DNA of 64,000 nucleotides from Vicugna vicugna (lineage: Eukaryota). Numbering within the stretch: the stretch's first letter is position 1; each line of letters starts with the position of its first letter. The stretch lies in NCBI GenBank assembly GCA_013265495.1, contig MU058226.1, positions 458,741 to 522,740 of the forward strand. Reading direction: 5' to 3'. Shown here piece after piece: positions 1 through 14,159 of the stretch. The notes below the pieces were generated by a model. The model was not told the origin of the DNA, made no database searches, and saw nothing but the letters and a program-made list of their open reading frames with translations. A program made the translations under genes and the position numbers.

Positions 1-17
1 CCCCAAGCTTCTGTCTA

Positions 18-818
<801 letters not shown>

Positions 819-2399
819 TCATTGAGTACGTTGGGTCCTGCAGGCACCTCCCCCAAAACGTGCCGGAGCCTGTGGGCCAGACACCAAGTGTTTCAGTCTC
901 TGCTTCATTTACAGATTCCAACAGAAAAGCCTAGATGCTCCTTTCCATTCTCAATAGGGGCCCAGATATGTGGCTCTCTCATGTCTTTTCCTCCCATCTA
1001 ATCAAACACCCCAGTCTCTTTAAGCAATCATTATCTACTTAACTCCCAACAGAGCCCAAATGCCATGTTCCCTCTTTTCCCCAGACATCTCTTGCCATGA
1101 AAATGCAAATAAAAATTCAGTATCTTCTCGTGTAAACACCCTCCCCTTTGTGCCAGTCTATAAAGGGCAGCAGCCTCTTCACTAACTCCACAAGTAATAA
1201 CCTCTTCTCCCTCCACCAAAATCATTTCAGAGACCTACAATAAAAAAAAGAGCAAGTCTAAGCCCCAGAGAAAACCAGAAAGAGGAATACAGCTCTATCA
1301 TGTAAGGTACAAATATCTAGATCCCCTACTAATTAGACACTAGCTTCCTAACTGTGCCCCAGGTTCTATTCCCAGCAGCCTCACTCCCATCTGGGAAGAT
1401 TTGCAGGAAGGTATGCCAGGAGTTTAAGGATTTTATGAGCCTGCTCGGCCAGACTTGGGGCTGGTGCCAGAGAATTCCTCATAGAAAAACTGGGGCTCTA
1501 CATACTCCCAAGTTATAGAACCAAGTATTTGGGATAACCTATCTTTTCCTACACTTGCCCCTACCCTGTCTCCTGGAAAAATTTTTTTTCATTATATGAA
1601 ACACTGGCAGGCTCTGGTTTACCTTCTGGAGATGTGAGCGAAACAAAAAACATGGACACCCTGCAAACTTGGGGCCAAGGCCAGAACCAATTTCATTTTC
1701 CTTCCCAGTAAAAAGGCCTATCAGCAGTCATTTCTTTCCCTAATGCCCCTTGCTCCTTGAGCAGGCCAAATGCTCCATCCTCAGTTCCTGAGCGACCAGG
1801 CATTCATTTATAGAAAATAATGTAAAGGAAAAAGATGGAAGTTGGTGGGATATCCAGACAGGACCAGGATGAAAGCTGAAATCAAGAACTTTAAGACAGG
1901 TTAGATGAGGCGATGGGGGTCTCTTTGCAGGTATTTAAGGTCAGCCTCTGAAGGAAAAGGAGACAGAAGAATTGTGGAGTGAACAGACTAAGACTAATAA
2001 AAGAGAGTTAATATGAAGGCAGGTGGAAAATTATACACGTAAGCAAGAGTTATAGGAAAAGGATGTAGATCACAGTGGGGGGGGGGCAGTGTCAACAGGC
2101 CCAGAAAAAAAGGGGGGGTTGGGATAGAAAAGACATAGGGAATAGGAAAAAAGAAAAAAAGCAGAGGGGAGACCGAGGAACGTAAAAAGCACAGATGCAG
2201 GATAAAAACAGGGTTCCAGAGTGGGAGTGACTCGACGCGAAGTGGGGCGTCAAGGGGGTACCCTAGCGCTGAGTGATGGGAGGGGGTCCACTATGGAGGA
2301 AAGAAAATTCTGGGAGAGGACAGTCAGGCGCGGCCCACCCCAGAGTGGCAGCAGAGAAGGGGGCCCACAAATAGGGGTGAGAGACCAGGAGCGCAGAGG

Positions 2400-3520
2400 A
2401 GAATGGGGAGTTGCGGCCCAGGAGTGAAGGTCGCTCCAGGAAGCCAGGAAGGTGGGAAGGTAAGGACAGGCTGCGGACTCAGAGGAGGGCTGGAGGTTCG
2501 GGTCCCCGGGTGGGAGTATCGGAGGGGGAGGGGCAGGCAGGGCCCGGCAGCAGGAGGACAAAATGGCGGCGGCTAATGGCAGCTTCTCCTCCCCCCGGCC
2601 CGCCGCCGCCGCCACCGCCGCTGCCACCACCGCTCCCGCGCCGGAAAAGGGCGTTAGCATTCGGCTTGCCCAGACTCACCTGGCCGGGTGCGCGGGGGTC
2701 CGGGACCGGGGCTTAGGGACTCCCCGGAGTAGGATGGCGGTGGGGCGGGGGCGGATGGCGGCGGATGGCGCCGGGTTCGGCTCCTCCCGTCTCCCTCGCT
2801 CACTCCGCGGCTGGGCTCCGACTAACGGCCCATCCGGGCAACCGCCGCCCCCGGGAGCGCCCCCCCACTCCCGCCTCCCTCCGCGCCTAGACACGCCCCT
2901 TGATTTGCATAAAAGGCGGGGCGCTTTCTACCGTATCCCTCTTTACTTCCAGGGTTGTCCTTATTTAAAAAAAAAAGGCCTGCGAAGCAGACGTAGGCTA
3001 TTTGCATAAAGAGGAGGGACTTACAAGCGCTAGGACGCCGGTTGGCTGAAGAGACGGGCCCCCGGCGTCAGCCGTTGAGACGTGTAGAGGGGGCGGAAAT
3101 GCGGCGCCGGACGGTTGGGTCGCAGAATTTGCACGACAAATAGAGAAAGAGGCGGAGCTTGCGTCGTGCGTTCGTGGAAAGATGAGAGCGGAGAAACGTA
3201 GGGACGCCGAGAGTAGAAGGAAACGATGGTAGGCCCGTGGCGTTTTCCGCGGAGGAGACGGAGCTAGAAGACGGGGCGGAAGGGATTAGTTGCCGGAGGG
3301 CGGAGCTTACGTAACCAGGGAAGAGTCCCAAGTCACGCATTTCTTCGCGAGAGGTGAAAGCACTGGAGGAGCGGGGCCTTAGTTTATTAAATCACGTCAT
3401 GCAAATAAAATGGATACACAGGCCAATTCAAGGGTCCAGGGGAATGCATCGTGGGCACCACACAGCGTAGGCATTCTGTGGGTAGGTCTTTATTTGCATA
3501 ATGTATGCAAATAATTTGAA
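2400..3520 (-). promoter_or_regulatory. PRRC2A CpG-island promoter and non-coding exon 1 (3' end at 2680)
   Basis: High CpG/GC density, (GCC)n tract, YY1-type (A/G)ATGGCGG motifs, GC boxes, donor CCAG|GTGAGT at 2680, five perfect octamers between 2903 and 3512. Confidence 0.85.
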
Positions 3521-3960
3521 CAAAGATAGGCTACGAATAACCTACTCACGAAAATATTGGCAACCAGTGACTAGGACGGACATTTAGTTTTATAATCTAT
3601 AATTTTCATGAATATATTTGTATATTTGATATTTTTGGCAGTTTGCGTTCCATTCACAATGGGTTTAATAATACGGAATGCAATACCATTTTTCTCCTTT
3701 GTCTCCCATTTAGTCTCCTTTTATTCGGCTCCAATCAGACCTACTACCCGTTTAACAAATCATTCAACAATTATTTTTTAACCAATAAAAGTGCGTATAA
3801 TAGATTTTTATTAGAGAGATTTTAAGTTTACAGAACGAATGAGCGGAAGTACAGAGAATTCCCATAAACTCCTTCCCCTGCCTCAGTTTCCCCTATTATT
3901 AACATAGTGCATTGGTATGGCACATTTGTTGCAATTGATAAACCAGTAGTGAAAAGTTAT

Positions 3961-6900
3961 TATTTTTTCTTCCGGTTTTACTGAAATATGATTGACATAC
4001 AGCACTATATAAATTTCAGGTAAACAGCATAATGATTTGGTATAGGAACATCATGAGATGATCACCACAATGTTTAGTGAACATCTATCATCTCACATAG
4101 TTAAAACTTAACGAAATAGAAAAAAATGTATTTTTTCCTTGTGATGAGAACTAAGGATTTACTGTCTTAACAACCTTCATCAGTTTTAATTATATTTATC
4201 ATGTTGTACATTACATTTCTAGTACTTATCTTGTAACTGGAAGTTTGTACCTTATGACTACCTTCATCCAATTCCCCGTCTTCCCACTGCCTCCTGCCTC
4301 TGGTAACCACAAATCTGATCTCTTTCTCTATGAATTTGTTTGTTTGCTTGTTTTTGAAGTATAATTGACCTACAATACTATGTTAGTTCCTGGTACACAA
4401 ACAGTGATTTGATATTTTTATACATTTCAAAATGATCCACCACCGTAAGTCTAGGTACCATCTGTCACCTTACAAAGGTATTACATAATTATTGATTATA
4501 TTCTTCATACTATATGTTTCATATGTGTGACTCAATTATTTTATAACCGGAAGTTTCTATCGCTTAATCTCCCTTGCCTATTTCTCTCCTACCCCTACTC
4601 TCCTACCCCCTGGCAACTACCTGTTTGTTCTCTGTATCTATAACTCAGTTTCTGCTTTGTTAGATTTGATCATTTGTTTTGTTTTATAGAGCCCACGTAA
4701 GTGAAATCATACAGTGTTTGTCTTTCTGTGTCTGACTTATTTCACTTAGCACAATACGCTCTAGGTCTACCATGTTGACACAAATAGCAAGATTTTATTC
4801 TTTCTAATGGCTGAATAATATTCCATTGTACATAAATACCACATCTTCTTTATCCATTCATCTATTGATGGGCACTTAGGTTGCTTCCATACCTTGGAAT
4901 ATATTATAAATAATGCTTCAATGAACATAGAAGTGCATATATCTTTTTGAATTAGTGTTTTCATTTTCTTTGGATAAATATCCAGAAGTGAAATTGCTGG
5001 ATTGTATGGTAGTTCTACTTTTAATTTTTTGAGGAATCTCTATATTGTTTTCTATAGTGGCTGCACCAATTTACATTCCCACTAACAGTGCACTAGCGTT
5101 CCCTTTTCTCCACATCCTTGTCAACATTTGTATTTGCTGTCTTTTTGATAATGGCATTCTGACAAGTGTGAGGTGAATTTCATTGTAGTTTTGATTTGCA
5201 TCACTAATCATCCCTTCACTAATCACTCCTGATGGTTAGTGATGTTGAGCATCTTTTCTTGTACCTGTTAGCCATCTGTATGTCTTCTTTGGAAAAAATG
5301 TCTCTTTAGGGCCTCTGCCCATTTTTTAATCTGGTTGGGTTTTTTGTCTTTTGCTTTTTGCTTTTTTGATGTTAAATTGTATGAGTTCTTTGTATATTTT
5401 GGATGTTAACCTCTTATAGGATATATCATTTGCAAATATCTTATCCCATTCAGTAGGCAGGCTTTTTATTTTGTTGATAGTTTCCTTCTCTGTGCAAAAG
5501 CTTTATAGTTTGATGTAGTCCCATTTGTTTATTTTTGCTTTTATTTCCCTTGACTGAAGAGATATATCAAAAAATAAATATTGCTGAGACTGGTGTCAAA
5601 GAGCATACTGCTTATGCTTTCTTCTACGAGTTTTATGGTTTCAGGTCTTACATTTAAGTCTTGAATCCATTTTGAGTTATTTTTGTATATTGTGTGAGAA
5701 AGTAGTCCAGTTTGATTCTTTTGCATATAGCTGTTCACTTTTCCTAACACCATTAATTGAAGAGGCTATCTTTCCCCCACTGTATATTTTTGCCTCCTTT
5801 GTCCTAGGTTAAGTGACCATATAAGTGTGGGTTCATTTCTGGGCTTTCTAACCTGTTCCATTGGTCTTTGTGTCTTTTTTTGTGTGTGCTAGTACTGTAT
5901 TGTTTGATTATTGTACCTTTGTAGTATAGTTTGAAAACAGGGTACATGATACCTCCAGTTTGTTCTTTTTTCTCAGGATTGTTTTGAATATTCAGAGTCT
6001 TTGTGTTTCCATACAAATTTTAGAATTATTAGTTCTAGTTCTATGAAAAATGCCATTGATATTTTGATAGGGATGGCATTGAATCTGTAGATTGCTTTGG
6101 ATAGCATAGTCATTTTAATATTAATCTTTCCAATCCATGAGGACAGTATGGCTTTCCATTTGTTTGTGTTGTCTTCAGTTTCTTTCATCAGTGTCTTATA
6201 GTTTTCTGAGTAAAGGTCTCTTGCCTCCTTAGTTAGATTTATTCCCAAGTATTTTATTCTTTTTTGATGTGATTATAAATGAAATTATTTTCTTAATTTC
6301 TCTTTCTGATAGTTTGTTGGTAGTGTATACAAATGCAACAGATTTATGTATATTAATTTTGTATCCTAGAACTTTACCTGATTCATGGTGAGTTCTGATA
6401 GTTTTTTGGTGGCATCTTTAGGATTTTCTATGTGTAGTATCATGTCATCTACAAACAGTAACAGTTTTACTTCTTCCTTTCCAATTTGGATTCCTTTTAT
6501 TTCTTTTTCTTTTCTGATTGCTGTGCCTAGAACTAACAATACTATGCTGAATTAAAGTGGTGAGAGTAGGCATCCTTGTATTGTTCCTGATCTTAGAGGA
6601 AATGTTTCAGCTTTTCACTATTGAGTCTGATATTAGTTGTGGGCTTGTCATATATAGCCTTTATTATGTGAGATATGCTCCCTCTATACCAACTTTCTGG
6701 AGAGTTTTTATCATAAATGGATGTTGAATTTTGTCACAAGCTTTTTCTGCATCTACTGAGATGATCTTATCATTTTTATTCCTGTTTGTTAATCTGGGAT
6801 ATCACATTGATTGATTTGCATATGTTGAACCATTCTTGCATCCCTGGGATAAATCCTACTTGATCATGATGTATTTAATGTATTGTGGAATTCCATTTGC

Positions 6901-7765
6901 TGATATGTTTTGAGGATTTTTGCTTGTTCATTCATCAGTGATATTTTCCTGTAATTTTCATTTGTCTTTGTGTGTGATATCTTTGTCTGGTTTTGGTATC
7001 AGGGTGATGCTGGCCTCAAAGAATGAATTCAGAAGTGTTCCTTTCTCTGCAGTTTTTTTGAAATAGTTTCAGAAGGATAGATGATAACTCTTCTTTAAAT
7101 GTTTGGTAGAATTCACCTGTGAAGAAATCCAGTCCTGGACTTTTGTTTGTTGGGAGTTTCTTTTATTACTGATTTAATTTCATTACTGGTAATTGGTCTG
7201 TTCATGTTTTCTATTTCTTCCTGATTTAGTCTTGGGAGATTATACATTTCTAGGAATTTGTCCATTTCTTCTAGGTTGTTCATTTTATTGGTGTATAATT
7301 GTTCTCTCTTATGATCCTTTGTACTTCTGTGATGTTGGTTGTAACTTCTTATTTTTTCATTTCTGATTTTATTGATTTGGACTGTCTCTCTTTTTTCTTG
7401 ATGAGTCTGGCTAAAGGTTTATCAATTTTGTTTATCTTTTCAAAGAACAGCTCTTAGTTTTATTAATCTTTTCTATTTTTTTTTTTAGTCTCTATTTCAT
7501 TTATTTTTGTTTTCATCTTTATTGTTTCTTTCCTTCTACTAACTTTGGGTTTTGTTTGTTCTTCTTTATCTAATTCCTTTAGGTGTAAAGTTATTTTGTT
7601 TATTTGAGATTTTTCTTGTTTCCTGAGGTAGGCTTGTATCGCTGTAAACTTCCCTCTTAGAAGTGCTTTTGCTGCATCCCATAGATTTTAGAGTGTTGTG
7701 TTTTCATTTTCATTTGTCTCCAGTTATTTTTATATTTCCTCTTTGATTTCTTCAGTGACCCATTG
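3961..7765 (-). mobile_element. 5'-truncated, degraded LINE-1 (about 3.8 kb; ORF2 RT/C-terminal region plus 3' UTR)
   Basis: Broken ORF2 peptides in the ORF track (5973-6248 [22 protein letters not shown]...[11 protein letters not shown]; 5804-6016; 5541-5753; 4767-4964 KQPKCPSIDEWIKKMWY). T-rich + strand, many stops and frameshifts. Confidence 0.93.
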
Positions 7766-7920
7766 TCAACAGCTGTGTTTTGGATGCACCAGAGATATGC
7801 ACAGAATGTTATAGAAGTGAAGGAATAAAAACCAGATCATGCCTGGGCAGGTTCAGAAATGCTTCTAGAAAAATGTGACTCTCGTTAACTGATATGAAGA
7901 ACTAGTTAAGATTTAGCCAA

Positions 7921-8458
7921 CTTTAGCAGCACTATTTACAATAGCGAAGACAATGAAAACAACTCAAATATTCATCAATAGATGACTGGGTAAAGAAGAT
8001 ATGGTGTATATGTATATGTGTGTGTGTGTGTGTGTATGATGGAATACTACTCAGCTATAAAAAAGAATAAAATAATGCCATTTGCAGCAACTTGGGTGGA
8101 CCTGGAGATCATCATTCTAAGTGAAGTAACCCAGAAAGAGAAAGAAAAATGCCATAAGATAACATTTATATGTGGAATCTAAAAAAAAAAAAAGAAGGAC
8201 ACAAGTGAACTACTTATTTATAACTTAAGTGATTGATATCTTGAAAATGTGTAAGCACATTTGACTGTCCTTTATGATTGGATTACTGCATGTTACTGTT
8301 ATTTTGTGATTGGCTTTATTCCTTTGATAACTATGTAAGTTTAAAAAGCTAAATTAAGAATATGAAATGTATGTGTATGTATCACTGAACTATTATGCTG
8401 TGCACCAAAAATTGACACAACATTGTAAACTGACTATAGTTCAACTAAAAAATATATG
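7921..8458 (+). mobile_element. Short L1 3'-end insertion with target-site duplication
   Basis: L1 ORF2-end/3' UTR sequence (GCAGCACTATTTACAATAGC...CATTGTAAACTGACTATA) flanked by TTTAGCCAA at 7912-7920 and 8459-8467; internal (TG)n. Confidence 0.8.
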
Positions 8459-8779
8459 TTTAGCCAAGTTTGAAGAAAGGGTACACATCTCAGGCCCAGT
8501 GAACTGATGAGCAGAGGCATGGGTTTAGAACTTATGCCTAGGCTGGTGTGGCTAAATTAAGGGACTGCCTGTCCATTGTGGACATTAGAGGAAAAAATTT
8601 AAAAGAATGTGTTAAGAATTTTATCCTGGGGCTCTTTAAGATGGTTGAGATGGTTGAGTTCTCAAACTTTCAAAACGTTTCTCTTGTCCCCTTCCCCTGG
8701 TCAGCTACTACTGCAAAATTTTTTGGAAGAGCTACCCATACACACCATCTCTCATTCTTTTGTAAACTCACTTCAGTCA

Positions 8780-9880
8780 AGCCTTGATCCCCACCTTCTA
8801 CCCAGACTGGGTATGTCAAGGGCATCAGTCTTATGGCTTGAAATAGCATTTATGTGCTAATCACAACTAAATGTTTATCTTCATCAGAGGCCTCTCTCCC
8901 AAACTCCAGACATGAATATGCAGCTATGTACTTGACATCTCCTCATGAGTATCTAACAGATCATTTCAAATTCAGTGTGTCCAAAACTGAACATTTGATC
9001 TCCAGCCCTTCAAAACCTTCTCTATCCACAGCTTTCACCATCTCAGCTGATGACAGTTTAAAAATTCCAATTAAGTCAAAAGTCCTGGAAACCTCATGGA
9101 CTCCCTTCCTTCTCTCCCTCTCCACTTTCAGTCAGACAGGAAATCTTATCTTAAGAAAATATCCGGAGTCCAACCTCTCCACTTCCACTGCTTTCACCTT
9201 GATCTGAACCATCCTCATCTCTCACCTGGGTTATAGCCACAGCCTCCTACTTGGTCTTCCCGAGTCTACCCCTGCTCCTGAAGTCTGTTCTCTGTACTGC
9301 AGTCAGAGTGGGCCTTTTCTCAAAAGAGGTTTCAAGGGACTCCTTTGCTCAAAGTCCTGCAGTGCTTCTTTGCTTCTCTCTGAGTAAAAGCCAACTAACG
9401 TCCTTACAGCAGCCTTCAAGACCCTTGATGACTTGGCCTCCTGTTATATTTCTGATTGTATTACTCTCCCCATCTGCACAGGCCTGTCTCACCTTGGGGC
9501 TCTTCTGCTCCTTTTCTCTCTGCCCAGTTGGCTCTTCCCCCCAGGAACCTGTATGGCTCACTCTTTTACCTCCTTGAAGTTTTTGCTTAATGTTGGTCAC
9601 CTTCTGGATGAGGCCTATCCTGATTACCCTTCCAAAATTTTAATCTTCCCTTACATCCTGGCACCCCTGATTCCCTTTAACCTGCTCTACTTTCTCTTTT
9701 TGTCATAGTATTTGTCATCTTCTAAAAGAGCATACAAATTGTAAATTCTGTTGACTTTCTATTGTCTGTCTCTCTTCCCACACCAATTCCCACAATGGAA
9801 TGTAAGCTTCACAAAGGCAGGGAGCTTTGTTTTGCTCACTCTTATATCCCAAGCACCTGGATGGTGCTTGGAGGGAATGA
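8780..9880 (+). mobile_element. LINE-2 fragment
   Basis: L2-like motifs (CATTTCAAATTCAGTGTGTCCAAAACTGAAC; ATCATCTCTCACCTGG-like; GAATGTAAGCTTCACAAAGGCAGGGA). Boundaries approximate. Confidence 0.7.
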
Positions 9881-11485
9881 CACATAATGATTTTTTAAAT
9901 GATTTTAAAAATCTTTTTTATCAAAGTATCAAAGAATTTCATAACTTTTCATGAACTAAGCAGAACATGTAACTAAAAACAGAACCTTAGCTAGCACCAC
10001 AGAAGCTGCTCAAGTCCTTTTCTTGTCACTGCCCTCCCCCAAGGCTAACTACTATCCTGACTTCTAACAATATTTATTAGTTTTCCTTGTGTTTGTACTT
10101 TATATGAGTGAAATTGTACAGTAAGTGTTCTTTTTTTGTTTGTCTTCTTTTGTGCCACAGTATATTAATGAAATTGTTGCATTTAGTTTGTTCATTCTTA
10201 TTACTATATAGTAATAGTCTGTTGTGTAAATATAACCCAATTTATTTATCCTGAATGAGCAAGTTGTTTAAGCCACAGATCCTTTCTATCCTCCTTGGTG
10301 TTGCCAGAGTTGTTGCAAAAATTAAATGAATTAATACATGGAAAGCATCTATCCAGTATATAGTGTGTGCTCCATAAAGGTTAGCTATTAATTTTTTTAT
10401 ATTCAGAGAGTTTATTCAACCCGCATTGATTTCTTCTTCATTTGAAGTCCTATACAGTTACTGTAGCACTCTTTAGAATGCCAGCCTGGCTTTACCATTG
10501 GTGTGGGTCAACATGGGTGGCCCTAGGGTACCCATTTGTCCTCAGTAAATGAAACAAGCTGGACCAATTGGATTCTTGCTTTCCAAGGAGTAAGAAAGTC
10601 TGAAGTAGTGGCCAGAGACTGGAAGTTGCTGGAGTTAATACATCTGGACCCCCTGGAGGAAAGGTCCAGGAATAGCCTCACTGAAGGCCTGGAAACTTTC
10701 AGGCTCCTGCCTACCCTGGAGTTGGCTATTTAACTCTTGCGACCATCCATGGATGCTGTATCCCCAGAATCTGCCCTTAGTTTCTTCCTAATACAAGCCC
10801 TTTTTCCTTTTATTAGGTAGACTCAGTTTTTGTAGCCTGTCCCCAGAAGGACCTCAAAACTCATTTTCACTTAAATTATCCGGCTTTATAGGGTCATTAA
10901 TCCTTTACTTAATTTGATAACACCAGTTATTTCATCCATCATCCATCCATTCATTCAAGGTTTATACCTTATTGAGAGCTTATGATATGTCAGGCACTGC
11001 AGGATACATCATATTATTTCCATTTTCAGATGAAAGACTCAGAGATCCTGAGTGATTTGTTAAGGTTACGAAGCTCATAGTGATAGAGAATGTTGATTCA
11101 AGGTATCCTTGCCTTTCATCAGTGGCTTGAGCAATAATACTTTATGTACAAGTCATTTCATCCCACTTAAATTCCTTGAGGTCAAGGCTATCTTATATAC
11201 CTGGAATCCTCCTTGGTGTACAAAACCATCTGCTGTGGTAGACATACTACAAAATTGTTAATGGATTGGTCATTTGGGAAATCCTTGTTATCTTTGCATC
11301 AAAGATGCTTTATCCTTCCCAAACCCAGGAAAAAACATCCCTCCAAAACAATGACCAAGCTGAGTTGATCTGAAGAAGGCTAATTTATTTAAATTAATTT
11401 GACTCTGGCTCACAGTTTTGTCTTTCTTTTCTATGCTGGGGTCACTAGAAGCCCCTTCAATCCTACCACATCTCCCCACCACAAA

Positions 11486-13064
11486 TCAGGGCAACTCGGA
11501 GATAGCTTTCTTGGCTGGGGGACCCGTTGGCTTCTCCTGTTCTCTCGCCTTCTCTTCATACATAAGGATCCTGGTTGAGATAGGAAGAGACATGGGGATC
11601 AGGGGACAGTCGGACAGTCGGACAGTCCTCTCAAGAGAATAGATCTTAGGCTGCTGGAAATTCCATAAAAGGATAAGGGTTGTGAGGGTAGGAGGAGAAA
11701 GAGGAAGAGCAGGAGTGGGAGTGCTGGAGGCTGTGGGGACCAGAACCATGGAGGGGGATAGGATTTTGGAAGAGTCTCTCAAAAGATGGAAAAAATAGAT
11801 GCTGAGTAGTGTAGAAGTTGAGCCTGGCTGGGGACAGAGGCAGGGGTGGAGAAAAAACAGGTAAGTATACAGGAGGTTGGAACTGGACCCTTACATTTTT
11901 AGGATGGCAGATCTCTTGCCCAACATCATCTTGAGAAAGTCAGAGTAGCTGAAAGTCTCCCCAGAGCCACTGGATACCTCCTGGATTAATTTCTTTAGCT
12001 CCAGGTGGGTCTTGGGGACCCCAAGTTTCTCCAGCATTTGCTTCAGGGACATGATATCTGGAGGCAGATGATGGAGGTGAAGAGAGGAGGACGCTCTCTC
12101 TCTATCTCCCCCCGCCCACTTCCATATTCCCACTCCCCTTCCTCCTATCCTGGGAGCTAGGCTCTCTCCCAAACCATTGGGAATGGAGCACTGTAGGAAA
12201 GACCTCCCTCTTCCTAGATCTGCGCACTCCCCCCAAATCACCCTTTTCTCACCGATATCTCCATTTCCATTCAGGTCAAACTCCATGTATTTCTCTGGGT
12301 GAGAGGAGAAAGCAAAGAGGATAGCACCGACTGGAGGGTCACAAGCAAGGGCAGGGCAGGGATTGAGAAGGGGGTTACTAGGTCAGGGAGAAGGTGAGGA
12401 GGAGGTAGGGCAGGGGGAGGAAGTGGGGGTGTGGGGGGGTTGAGAGGCCCTAGTAAGGTGTAGGGAACTAGAGGGGGTGCTGAGGGGCAGGACAGGGGAA
12501 CAGACTGTAACTAGGGTGGCAATATAGGCACCCTCCCATCTTCCCACCACAAAAGTCCACTGTTTCTTCTGTCTCTTCTCTGTTCTTAGGGAAATCCTAT
12601 CCTCCTCACCCCTTCTCCACCCGTACAGTCTCCCCCTTACTCTTGAAGGCTTCCAGCTTGGAAGGCAGGTCCTCATCACTGTTAAATTTGGGATCATCCA
12701 GGAATTGCTGTGGGGGAAACAAGAGCCTGGGTTGGCCCTCTGGGTTCACCTCCCTGCCCCACACCCTGCCCCTTAGTTCTTCCTTTTACCTTGTTGATTT
12801 CATTGAGTCTCTCTTCTTGCTGGGCCTTCAGCAGTCCAAAGGCTTTTCCTCCTAAAGGGGCACCAAGGTTAATGTATCCTCACCCCTACCCCGTCATCTT
12901 CTCCTCACCCCCAGGCCCAGCCTGAGGCCATCACAATTCTTCCTTCATAGGTCAGCTAACCACCCTCCTAGCCCCCAGCCCAGGACTGTCGAGCTCCTTT
13001 CTCCCATTTTAGGATCCTGCCTTATGCCATCTTCCCTACCCTGTAAATCCCTGATTTGGCTCAT
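11486..13064 (-). CDS. AIF1: Allograft inflammatory factor 1 (Iba1), EF-hand protein, 147 aa
   Basis: Six exons: 13064-13040, 12851-12790, 12707-12641, 12294-12253, 12057-11895, 11570-11486 (444 nt, all GT-AG). [37 protein letters not shown]...[36 protein letters not shown]...[17 protein letters not shown] at 11389-11384. Confidence 0.97.
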
Positions 13065-13146
13065 TGCTCAGCAGATGCTGGTGGAGATGTTGGTGGAAAC
13101 AGACCAAACTGGCTGCCTCTCTCTGTCTGTCGGCTCTCCCACTAGC

Positions 13147-13210
13147 TTCCTGGAAGCCTCCCTCCCAAACTTCCTCTTTCCCCTCAGGTCCCAGGCATCA
13201 CTTCCCCATC
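13147..13210 (-). promoter_or_regulatory. AIF1 proximal promoter: GAS element plus PU.1 boxes
   Basis: TTCCTGGAA (STAT GAS consensus) at 13147-13155; AAAGAGGAAGTT on - at 13179-13168; GGGGAAGTGA on - near 13199-13208. Fits myeloid, IFN-gamma-inducible expression. Confidence 0.65.
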
Positions 13211-14159
13211 AGTTTCTGCTGACACTAGCACCCAGGAAGAAGGAGGAGCTGGGTGTAGAAAAGAGATGAGAAAATAGCATTCTCCTAAATTCCTCTTAAG
13301 GGGAGCCCAGTGTGTGCATGAAAGAAATATTTTGAGAAGCCACCAGAGGTGTTGGGGAAGGTCGGTAAGACCCCAGGGACATTTATTCTCAGGAACAAAC
13401 GGTCTTTGAACAGGTCTGGACGTTCAGGTAACTCTAAGGCTCGGGTTTCACAAGTCTGGGCACGCAGGTTTGGATAGGGAGCGCAGGAAAGGCTGACTGA
13501 GGTTTCCTGCTCTGTGAATGGGAGGAGAACCTGAAGTCCGCTGACAGGTTTGGGAGGGTGGTGAGATGGGGTGCAGGGTCTGGAAAGGAAGAGAAACTTC
13601 TCTTCTAGCCTGGCAGCTCCAGAGAGGCACTTAGAAATACGGAACTAACAAAGGAACCTTAATTTGCTTCTGGATGTGCAGTGTAATCCTCTTATCTCCT
13701 TGGAAATTTTCAGTAAAATCGACATTGCTCAGGAATTCAAGAATTTAAGTAGATTCTTTGGAGCAACATGATACTGAGAGAGACCGGATTGGTGGACCCA
13801 AGGGACACCTTTATCCCCTTTGCTGCTCATTTTGGCTAATGGCTTCTAGGGGAGGCGAAGACGGAGCATCCCCCTCACTGAGACACATTTGTCTAAACTC
13901 CCTTCCATGAACTCCAGCCACTCTGCCCCAGATAGACACACCTTTCCTTCTCCTCTCCTCCCACAAGCTATTTCCCCTTCTACAGCTGCGAGGTTTTACT
14001 TCTCACTGCCCTCTCCCTGACCCATGCAGGTTGGGGGAGATGCTGGAGGGGACTCTGACCTCTTGGCTTCTCTTTATTGCAGCTGCCTCCTCCCTGAAGA
14101 GAAAGCTGCAACCCTGCAGCTGGATGGTCCAGTGGTCTCAGTGCCTAGTGGGAGGAATT

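Noticed and set aside
4767..6248. L1 ORF2 reverse-transcriptase peptides as an active gene
   Set aside because: Fragmented by stops and frameshifts and 5'-truncated.
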